Part shown: piece by piece, positions 47,938-54,575 of the stretch | How the letters are laid out: each line of letters begins with the position of its first letter | How positions within the stretch are numbered: position 1 is the first letter of the stretch | Virus record (IMG/VR): IMGVR_UViG_3300014208_000023 | Location: 320,001-384,000 of that record | Source: a virus | Taxonomy: Duplodnaviria > Caudoviricetes | DNA: 64,000 nucleotides | Direction: 5' to 3' (one strand) | The notes under the pieces: generated by a model | What the model was told of the DNA's origin: nothing | Database searches by the model: none | What the model saw: the letters and a program-made list of their open reading frames with translations, nothing else | Translations under genes and position numbers: made by a program

Positions 47938-49599
47938 TTATCCTATGAATTTATGAAACTTATTTTTCTTACAGAAAGCCTTCCATTCCGAAGGAGAGCA
48001 ATTTGCTTCCTCAAGAAGACTCAACCAATCTGGCTGCTTGAAAATTTCCTTATCCAAGGAGTTTGCTAGCGCCAAAAGCTCAGTCAGTTTTGCTTTCTTT
48101 TTGGCCTTTGATTTAAAGCAGGTTAAAGATGGATCCATCTTCATTTCTGTTTTAATTTCTTCGATTCTATCCTTGCGAGTCTTTTCAAGCTCGACGGCAA
48201 TTAATTCATTCACCTCTTTGGTGGTGAGGTTCGGATTTTCTTCCTTAATCTTAATGATTGCGTTTGCTTTGGCTAGCTGATATCTGGTGCTTTTATTTCT
48301 CTCACGGTAATCTGCGAGCGTTTTTTGCAGATTTCTAATTGGAGTTTGCTCCTGATATGCCATTCTTCTGCCCTGCTCAACTCCCATTAAGAATAGTAGG
48401 CGCATGACAACATCGAACAAAGAACGATCGTATTTTTCCTTCTCACGCTTAAGGAACTTTTCAGTAAAATGCTCTTTAGCTGGAGGAAAAATCTTCTTCT
48501 CCTGCTTGCCAAGCTCATATCCGTTATAATCGAATTTCCATTCGTTAGCGTTTCGGATAAGACGATAACCCTTTTCTAGAATGTTCTTGAAAGGAGCAAA
48601 GACATCATTGTATAATGCAAGCTCGTCTGGCTCATCAGACCACTGCTTTACTTTATTTTTATCTTCGACTTTCTCTTCAAGTTTCTCATCAACATGACGC
48701 TCGGCCGCATTGACAATAACAATTGGAGACGGCGCAACGCTAGACGCTTCTTGCGTAACTGGCCGCATTGGCGTATTGTTTTCTACATATTCCATAGGTT
48801 TTGCTTCATTACTCTTACTGCGAACGGAATGTTCTACCTTTGATAGCGCCGCGTCGTTAAGATAATAATATTCTTCGCCATTTGGTAGGACCACCGCCGG
48901 CCCATCTAGCCTATGGCGTTTATTATTAACGAACCATTCTTTTGTTCCGTCAAGCCAAACTCTTGCTGGACCAACAGGATTATGAATCATATCGTTGATG
49001 CGGTGAAGGTGCAGTAGCTCCTTACCCATTCTTGGGGGACTAGCCTTTAGCGCCTTGGCTCTAGCTCTCCAAAGAACTTCTGGTTCCGTAGAAGGTTTGC
49101 CCATCCAATGCCACGCCACTATGGCTTTACCATTAATTGGAGATTTTCTCTCAATAGCGGGCCCATCTTCTCGATGTAGATTGCCCATGTAATACCATTT
49201 TGTAGTGCCGTTTATTAACGTTACTGCCGGAGCGCCTTCGCGATGAAGTTTTCCCTCGAAATACCATAGGGTATCTCCGCAGGATCTAATCACTGCTGGA
49301 CCATCTGCTCTATGATTCAAGTTATTGACGTAATATTCTTTGGTGCCGCTAGCGTATTCTACGGCAGGAAGAGAATTGTCTCTATGACGTTTGCCGTGGC
49401 GCCACCATTCAGTGGAACCATCAGCATGAATGATTGCTGGTCCGGTATCAAAATGAGTTAGTTTATCGGCATCAACGTGTCTAACGGCCGGCTTAAGGCC
49501 CGGAATGTCATATACCGAATCGCTTGGCGTTGAGCTTCTTACGTCTTCGACCATTCCTAGACGATCTACGAAAGCGGATAGTGACATTCCCTTGTTCAT
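47938..49599 (-). CDS. HREDGPA-repeat protein with C-terminal coiled coil
   Basis: About 7 repeats of H-R-x-D-G-P-A-V-x(4-5)-G-x-x-x-W/Y. Confidence 0.8.
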   Translation of the reverse strand: MNKGMSLSAFVDRLGMVEDVRSSTPSDSVYDIPGLKPAVRHVDADKLTHFDTGPAIIHADGSTEWWRHGKRHRDNSLPAVEYASGTKEYYVNNLNHRADGPAVIRSCGDTLWYFEGKLHREGAPAVTLINGTTKWYYMGNLHREDGPAIERKSPINGKAIVAWHWMGKPSTEPEVLWRARAKALKASPPRMGKELLHLHRINDMIHNPVGPARVWLDGTKEWFVNNKRHRLDGPAVVLPNGEEYYYLNDAALSKVEHSVRSKSNEAKPMEYVENNTPMRPVTQEASSVAPSPIVIVNAAERHVDEKLEEKVEDKNKVKQWSDEPDELALYNDVFAPFKNILEKGYRLIRNANEWKFDYNGYELGKQEKKIFPPAKEHFTEKFLKREKEKYDRSLFDVVMRLLFLMGVEQGRRMAYQEQTPIRNLQKTLADYRERNKSTRYQLAKANAIIKIKEENPNLTTKEVNELIAVELEKTRKDRIEEIKTEMKMDPSLTCFKSKAKKKAKLTELLALANSLDKEIFKQPDWLSLLEEANCSPSEWKAFCKKNKFHKFIG

Positions 49600-49859
49600 C
49601 GGCGTCTATTTCTCTCAAGATTTTTGAGCGCATTAATTAGCAGTGATGTCTTTTTTACTTTTGCAGACAACTCTTCTGGAGTTAGCTTATCGAGAACGGC
49701 ATAGTATTTATTCTGACCGTTTTCTGTTTGAGCATACTGAAGTGTAGTAGTTACTCCGCTGAATGTCTCTTGAGAGAGAGCGGTTCCGTATTCTTTTCGG
49801 AACTTCTCGTCTATATCCAAGGCCAACTCATAGGATCTATTGAATAAACTTTCAACCAT
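49596..49859 (-). CDS. hypothetical protein
   Basis: 87-aa ORF directly downstream of the RNA array. Confidence 0.6.
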   Translation of the reverse strand: MVESLFNRSYELALDIDEKFRKEYGTALSQETFSGVTTTLQYAQTENGQNKYYAVLDKLTPEELSAKVKKTSLLINALKNLERNRRR

Positions 49860-49880
49860 TATAGTTTCTTTCTATTAAAT

Positions 49881-49954
49881 TGGTGACCGACCCAGGGCAC
49901 GAATCTGGATTACCTTACCGAAGTAAAGCGTTCTAATCATTAAACTAGTCGGCC
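49881..49954 (-). ncRNA. non-canonical tRNA-Glu-like RNA, copy G (encoded CCA)
   Basis: GGCCGAC UA GUUU AAUGAUUA GAAC G CUUUA CUUCGG UAAGG UAAU CCAGA UUCGUGC CCUGG GUCGGUC A CCA. Confidence 0.85.
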
Positions 49955-49958
49955 GCAG

Positions 49959-50029
49959 TGACCCTCCCAGGGAACGAGCCTGGATTACCTTACCGAAATA
50001 AAGTGTTCTATTCATTAAACTAGAGGGCC
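49959..50029 (-). ncRNA. non-canonical tRNA-Glu-like RNA, copy F (no encoded CCA)
   Basis: GGCCCUC...CUUUA UUUCGG UAAGG UAAU CCAGG CUCGUUC CCUGG GAGGGUC A. Confidence 0.85.
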
Positions 50030-50084
50030 GTAAAGCATACTTGGAACACTAGGTATGCGAGCTAATAAAATCTAAATTGTTCCT

Positions 50085-50158
50085 TGGTGACCTGTCCAGG
50101 GATCGAGTCTGGATTACCTTACCGAAGTAAAGCGTTCTGAACATTAAACTAACAGGCC
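50085..50158 (-). ncRNA. non-canonical tRNA-Glu-like RNA, copy E (encoded CCA)
   Basis: GGCCUGU...CUUUA CUUCGG UAAGG UAAU CCAGA CUCGAUC CCUGG ACAGGUC A CCA. Confidence 0.85.
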
Positions 50159-50167
50159 GTAACTGAA

Positions 50168-50407
50168 TTATGAATCTTTACCCCACGCCCAAATAGCCCT
50201 AACATACATTACCATTATGAAAATGGACATAACAACCAATGCCATAGAGTGGGTCATTAGTCCCCACGCTACCCACATTGATTCTGCAATCAATGCGATA
50301 TAGAAACCAACCTTCTTTTTATCTCCAATTAAAGAGAGTGCGATAAGTAGAAGTATGCAGCCGCCCCAAGAAAGAATGTTTGGAACGGTGAAAATTGAAT
50401 TAAACAT
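50168..50407 (-). CDS. small PnuC-like membrane protein
   Basis: Three hydrophobic helices, K-x-x-G-F/W and AIWAW ending typical of phage PnuC-like half proteins. Confidence 0.55.
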   Translation of the reverse strand: MFNSIFTVPNILSWGGCILLLIALSLIGDKKKVGFYIALIAESMWVAWGLMTHSMALVVMSIFIMVMYVRAIWAWGKDS

Positions 50408-50430
50408 ATTTGCCTTTAACTAATTGTTAG

Positions 50431-50503
50431 TTGGGGATATAGGACTCGAACCTATAACTCGCGGATTCAAAGCCCGCTACTCTGCCAGTTGAGTTAATCC
50501 CCA
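50431..50503 (-). tRNA. tRNA-Gln(UUG)
   Basis: Canonical cloverleaf UGGGGAU/AUCCCCA, D-loop GG, loop CU-UUG-AA, GUUCGA T-loop; CCA not encoded. Confidence 0.9.
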
Positions 50504-50596
50504 ATAAGAGGAAATGCATCACTTAGTGATTGAGGATTTGATCCCTTAACAATTCCAATGCTACATTTTTATAGGTTTATATAGCGAACCATTTGT

Positions 50597-50815
50597 GTGC
50601 AAATCGGTTTTGGAGGCCGATCTGCACTTTTTACTGGTTTTGCAGGCCAACCAGCCAACCTAGATCGGGCTCCACTACTTTATCGCTCTGGTCCTTTTTG
50701 GTAGAGTTTAGGTGCTTCATTGCCCTCTTTGTTTGTATTCCGAACCAGAGAAGCAGGCCTCCAAAAACGGACATCTGCCTTACGCTTTGAGTCCGCCCGT
50801 TGGAGCGTAAAAACA
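50597..50815 (-). ncRNA. candidate ~220-nt multibranch structured RNA
   Basis: Long-range helix 50756-50769/50605-50618, stems 50742-50750/50686-50694 and 50662-50668/50617-50623, and 5' hairpin UUACGCU/AGCGUAA. Confidence 0.5.
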
Positions 50816-50818
50816 TAG

Positions 50819-50889
50819 TGACCTGTCCAGGGAACGAGCCTGGATTTCCTTACCGAAATAAAGCGTTCTGATCATTAAACTAACAGGCC
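50819..50889 (-). ncRNA. non-canonical tRNA-Glu-like RNA, copy D (no encoded CCA)
   Basis: GGCCUGU...CUUUA UUUCGG UAAGG AAAU CCAGG CUCGUUC CCUGG ACAGGUC A. Confidence 0.85.
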
Positions 50890-50896
50890 TAAATTG

Positions 50897-51082
50897 TTAT
50901 CCGATAACCACGTACTCTTTGCCATTAGCAATTTCTTCACAAGTCCCGCCCTTGGTGTAAGGGTTTCCCATTGGTGTCACTCCGGTGCATATGGATGCGT
51001 CTTCGGAATCTGCCGAATACGTGATGACTAGTGCGTCTTGGTTACACTTCAAGAGCTTTGCAACAATTTCTGATACTTTCAT
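50897..51082 (-). CDS. small hypothetical protein
   Basis: MKVSEIVAKLL...; lies between RNA copies C and D. Confidence 0.6.
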   Translation of the reverse strand: MKVSEIVAKLLKCNQDALVITYSADSEDASICTGVTPMGNPYTKGGTCEEIANGKEYVVIG

Positions 51083-51115
51083 TTTTTTTCTTTTCTTTCA
51101 TTTTAGTAGCGTTAG

Positions 51116-51186
51116 TGATCCTCCCAGGGAATGAGCCTGGATTACCTTACCGAAATAAAGTGTTCTATTCATTAAACTAGAGGACC
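51116..51186 (-). ncRNA. non-canonical tRNA-Glu-like RNA, copy C (no encoded CCA)
   Basis: GGUCCUC...CUUUA UUUCGG UAAGG UAAU CCAGG CUCAUUC CCUGG GAGGAUC A. Confidence 0.85.
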
Positions 51187-51491
51187 TAAAGATTTATTTC
51201 CTCAATGATGGTGAGGTTGTTATTTTCTTTTTTATAGAGAAGAAGGCTGTTAGCATTGATTTTTTCATTAAGAAAAAGAAGCTTAATTTTCTCACATGTA
51301 AGCTTGAATTTCAAAATTAAGAAATATTCATTTGCAAGAATGTTAATGTTATTTTCTTGCAACAGTCTTTCTAAGTCAAGATTATTGTTTTGGCGAGTGT
51401 CAGTTGTTAGGGAAGATTTGTAACGACTTATAAAGTCGCGCGCGGCTTCTAACGTGTATTCTCCAGTGAAAAATGGTCTATATAAAATCAT
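51186..51491 (-). CDS. AT-rich hypothetical protein
   Basis: 101-aa ORF exactly filling the gap between RNA copies B and C. Confidence 0.55.
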   Translation of the reverse strand: MILYRPFFTGEYTLEAARDFISRYKSSLTTDTRQNNNLDLERLLQENNINILANEYFLILKFKLTCEKIKLLFLNEKINANSLLLYKKENNNLTIIEEINL

Positions 51492-51499
51492 GTTTTTAG

Positions 51500-51569
51500 T
51501 GACCCGTCCAGGGATCGAATCTGGATTACCTTACCGAAGTAAAGTGTTCTGGCATTAAACTAACGGGCC
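51500..51569 (-). ncRNA. non-canonical tRNA-Glu-like RNA, copy B (no encoded CCA)
   Basis: GGCCCGU UA GUUU AAUGCCA GAAC A CUUUA CUUCGG UAAGG UAAU CCAGA UUCGAUC CCUGG ACGGGUC A. Confidence 0.85.
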
Positions 51570-51573
51570 GTAA

Positions 51574-51894
51574 TTATATCTTAAATTCTTTTACTATTTC
51601 AACTTCTAGGCCACCAAAAGGAATGCGTTTGGTACGGACGATATATATCGTATCTCCCGTAATCGATTGTGCGCGGGCCAGTCTATCTAAAGCGTCACAC
51701 TTTGCCGTAGCTCTAACTATGAAGCCATAGCCAAGTGCTCCTATAGATTTAGTTGAATTAATGATTTCAGTCATAGAGGTCGCGTTGGATAACGCTGGCG
51801 CTATATTAAAATAGCCCCTATTCTTCCTTATCCAAGATTCGGCGGCTTCTAGCGTTTTTAGTGACGATAAACTATAACTGGCATATATAAACAT
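51574..51894 (-). CDS. hypothetical protein
   Basis: 106-aa ORF whose ATG directly follows the CCA of RNA copy A. Confidence 0.6.
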   Translation of the reverse strand: MFIYASYSLSSLKTLEAAESWIRKNRGYFNIAPALSNATSMTEIINSTKSIGALGYGFIVRATAKCDALDRLARAQSITGDTIYIVRTKRIPFGGLEVEIVKEFKI

Positions 51895-51967
51895 TGGTGA
51901 CCTGTCTAGGGATCGAATCTAGATTTCCCTACCGAAGTAGAGCGTTTTGGCATTAAACTAACAGGCC
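51895..51967 (-). ncRNA. non-canonical tRNA-Glu-like RNA, copy A (encoded CCA)
   Basis: GGCCUGU UA GUUU AAUGCCA AAAC G CUCUA CUUCGG UAGGG AAAU CUAGA UUCGAUC CCUAG ACAGGUC A CCA; compensatory changes in the AC and T stems. Confidence 0.85.
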
Positions 51968-51972
51968 AATAG

Positions 51973-52070
51973 CGGCGAGGATGAGGAATCGAACCTTATC
52001 TACAATGTAGAGCGAACTGCTTTTTGCTTCATATCTTCATTGATCCTGGCTCCATACGAAGCTTCTCGCC
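51973..52070 (-). ncRNA. 98-nt tRNA-like element with no recognisable anticodon arm
   Basis: GGCGAG/CUCGCC acceptor, GCUUC-GUAU-GGAGC hairpin, GGUUCGAUUCC T-arm, discriminator G. Confidence 0.5.
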
Positions 52071-52077
52071 AAAGTCA

Positions 52078-52539
52078 TTAGCCTAGGGCGGGGGCTCCGT
52101 CGTCTGCTAGGCGGGCTTCAGAAGTTTCCGAAATACCTTTAACTTCGTGAGCCTTCTTTTTTGTTTTGGCGGCGGAGACCTTGAGCCAAAGGCGCGAAAG
52201 CTTCCATGCCTGACCGTTCTTCTTGCCAACGGTGCTGGCAAAATGCTCAATAATGGCCTTATTGATCTCGTGTCCCGTGGCGGCCTTCGTCTCCGTAAGA
52301 AGAGGGCTTTCATTGAGGCGCTTCACGGCCTCTTTAATTCCTTCTGCCTTGCTATAGTTCTTACTCTCTTCTTCGGGGTGAAGAATTGAATAGCCATATT
52401 TGATTGATCCTGTTTCAGCATTACGCTCGCTGACAAGGCAGATTACTGGACAACCACGCGAAGCTAGAGAAAACTCTCCATCTGAGGGATTGAAAACTAC
52501 TGCGCGCATGTTGCGAAGATAATAAATACGGTTAGCCAT
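52078..52539 (-). CDS. conserved phage hypothetical protein
   Basis: YGYSILHP...YSKAEGIKEAVKRL pattern. Confidence 0.65.
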   Translation of the reverse strand: MANRIYYLRNMRAVVFNPSDGEFSLASRGCPVICLVSERNAETGSIKYGYSILHPEEESKNYSKAEGIKEAVKRLNESPLLTETKAATGHEINKAIIEHFASTVGKKNGQAWKLSRLWLKVSAAKTKKKAHEVKGISETSEARLADDGAPALG

Positions 52540-52572
52540 TGCGAATTTCCTTTGTGAGCGGTTTCATCAAAT

Positions 52573-52601
52573 AACGTAATCATCGAGTCGGTATCTGTCA
52601 A
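52573..52601 (-). promoter_or_regulatory. sigma70-like promoter upstream of the RNA-array operon
   Basis: TTGACA-N17-TACGTT. Confidence 0.6.
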
Positions 52602-52615
52602 GCTGAGCCGTAGCG

Positions 52616-52993
52616 TTATGCTAGCTCTGCCGTAGCCGGAAGACTCTTATTTTTTACAATTCTATAAAATTGTGTTTTATCGCCTACACCAAAATTATAT
52701 GGTGTAGGGCTAATAAATTTGTAGTTTTTAGCTAGATGCCAGTTTTCAAGAAAATGATCTTTTAAATATGAAGGATATGATCTTTCAATTTGAGAGACTA
52801 TATCTTTATCAGAAGATGAGAACTGGCACCTACTAGGTAGTGTAACTATAAACCAATAGTTGGGATCCACACTATACGGCGGCAGATTTAAAACTCCAAC
52901 AACTAGCCCATCTCTATCTGGAGAGATAGAGTTTGGTCCAGAAAAAATTATACGATCTCCTGGCCTAATATTTTCTATACAACTAGCCTTCAT
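52616..52993 (-). CDS. hypothetical protein (SH3-like beta N-terminus)
   Basis: IRPGDRIIF...GLVVGV. Confidence 0.55.
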   Translation of the reverse strand: MKASCIENIRPGDRIIFSGPNSISPDRDGLVVGVLNLPPYSVDPNYWFIVTLPSRCQFSSSDKDIVSQIERSYPSYLKDHFLENWHLAKNYKFISPTPYNFGVGDKTQFYRIVKNKSLPATAELA

Positions 52994-53877
52994 TTCACTA
53001 AGCTATAAACCGCATTATCTCTGCTGAATGATGCGGATTGCATAGCCTCATAAATAGATTTGTATGGCCTATTAAATCCCATATCCTTCAAAAGCTGAAA
53101 GACATCTGCCGGAGATGATTGATTGTCAGGCGGAAGATTTCTAAACGCATCTATAACTAGACTTTGAAGTGAGGCGGAATCTTCTGCGTCATTCTCATCT
53201 TCTTGTCTAGCTATTGGTGCTGGCTTATTGTGTGGAATAAACCCTTTTCTGAGCTTGAAAGTTGCCCTGCTAACTCTGGTAAAAATAGCGTGGTTCCTAG
53301 TCAGTGTCCTATAAACAATGGCATAAGAATGATGAGTCTCAGAATTAATCGAGTCAGCTTTTTGGAGAGCCTCAATTATGGCAGATACATGAAGAGGATC
53401 TTTCACTTTTGAAAGAATCTTGAAGATTGAAGAGCAAAGAGTTTTATCCTTATAAGGCTTTACTTTTGTTCTAACAATCTTATATTTTTCTTCCTTCTCT
53501 TCTTCTTTTTCTTTTGGATAAACAATAAAAGGGTTTGGAACATAATCCCTTCTAGGACCTGGACCATAGTAAATATAGTCGCCAATCGGAATGCCTAGTG
53601 GAGCAGGATCTTTCTCGGCAACCTCTTTATGAGAGGAATAAACGTGCCCCATCTTATTCTTTTTGATGATGGAGTCAAACTCCTTTTCAGAATAACCACG
53701 GCTCGCCCGGAAGCGTTTTTTACTTTCTTCGTAAGGCTTACGCTTAGCCTTTTCAAGAAGCATTTTTTCAATTTCTTCTTCTTGCTTCTCGTTCTCATCG
53801 AAAGACCGGTTGGTCAAATCGCTATTACGAAGTATCTCTGATAGAGATGTATGTAACGATACTTTCTGACCTCGCAT
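52990..53877 (-). CDS. putative DNA-binding protein with HARE-HTH-like winged helices
   Basis: ILSKVKDPLHVSAIIEAL...VYRTLTR...FTRVSRATFKL and a second helical unit at the C-terminus. Confidence 0.55.
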   Translation of the reverse strand: MRGQKVSLHTSLSEILRNSDLTNRSFDENEKQEEEIEKMLLEKAKRKPYEESKKRFRASRGYSEKEFDSIIKKNKMGHVYSSHKEVAEKDPAPLGIPIGDYIYYGPGPRRDYVPNPFIVYPKEKEEEKEEKYKIVRTKVKPYKDKTLCSSIFKILSKVKDPLHVSAIIEALQKADSINSETHHSYAIVYRTLTRNHAIFTRVSRATFKLRKGFIPHNKPAPIARQEDENDAEDSASLQSLVIDAFRNLPPDNQSSPADVFQLLKDMGFNRPYKSIYEAMQSASFSRDNAVYSLVK

Positions 53878-54045
53878 AAATAACCGTCTTCCTATTAAAA
53901 TCCCAATTAGTTCCTTACCACAGCCACTTAAGAACGCAGCATAATTAATCGCTACTTGTAAATCAGCATCTCTATTTTAGCGCTTTATTTTGAAGAGCTT
54001 TCATTATGGTTCAGTGGATCATCGGAGTGGTTCTTATTTCGTTCT

Positions 54046-54261
54046 TTATTTTTGACTCAAGTTTTTCTTGCGACGATCAACCTCGGCCTGAAAGGCTTCT
54101 CTGGACCAACCTGACGCATCAATGATTGCGTCAATTTTTTGAGCATAGTCCATATGTTTGATTTGACTTTGCTGATATGCAAGAGAGACTTGACTCATCT
54201 TTTGAAGAGCATCCCTAAATCTTTCAGAATGTCTTACGTCTTCTTCTTTTGAAACGCTCAT
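54046..54261 (-). CDS. small hypothetical protein
   Basis: 71-aa ORF. Confidence 0.6.
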   Translation of the reverse strand: MSVSKEEDVRHSERFRDALQKMSQVSLAYQQSQIKHMDYAQKIDAIIDASGWSREAFQAEVDRRKKNLSQK

Positions 54262-54284
54262 TGGTATTTACTCTATAGTAATTG

Positions 54285-54551
54285 TTACTTTAAAGGAGTA
54301 AGAGATAGTTTCTTTTTAAAAGCTACTATCTCCGCTTCCCTGCTCTCATCTACCATACTAGAGAAGTCACTAGAATTTTCTTGAAGCCTTATTGTTTCCT
54401 TTACAGAACGGAGACGTTCTCTATTGAATACAAGAGAATCTTCAATTAAAGCAAGTTTCTTTTTTTCTATATGATAATTGTCCAGTTCCTTATCTATTTC
54501 TTTTGAAATTGAGTCGGCTTGAGCATAAAGGTCGCGAATATTAGGCATCAA
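54285..54551 (-). CDS. small coiled-coil protein
   Basis: 88-aa ORF. Confidence 0.6.
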   Translation of the reverse strand: MMPNIRDLYAQADSISKEIDKELDNYHIEKKKLALIEDSLVFNRERLRSVKETIRLQENSSDFSSMVDESREAEIVAFKKKLSLTPLK

Positions 54552-54575
54552 TGTAATGCCTATATATTCTTTATG

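Noticed and set aside
50631-50816. 61-aa ORF after RNA copy D as a protein gene
   Set aside because: It has no RBS or motif, and the sequence is better explained by extensive RNA base pairing; not fully excluded.
49881-51967. Reading the seven repeats as ordinary tRNA-Arg(UCG)
   Set aside because: A 7-nt YU-UCG-GU loop requires a stem register with C-U and A-A mismatches. The compensatory change in copy A supports the 6-nt-loop register, and the D- and T-loop invariants are missing.
49881-51967. CRISPR array
   Set aside because: Repeats are 70-74 nt, vary with covariation, and are separated by 4 to over 600 nt including whole ORFs; no cas genes are present.
51973-52070. tRNA-Sec
   Set aside because: The short D-loop and G73 are suggestive, but there is no stem-enclosed CU-UCA-AA anticodon loop.
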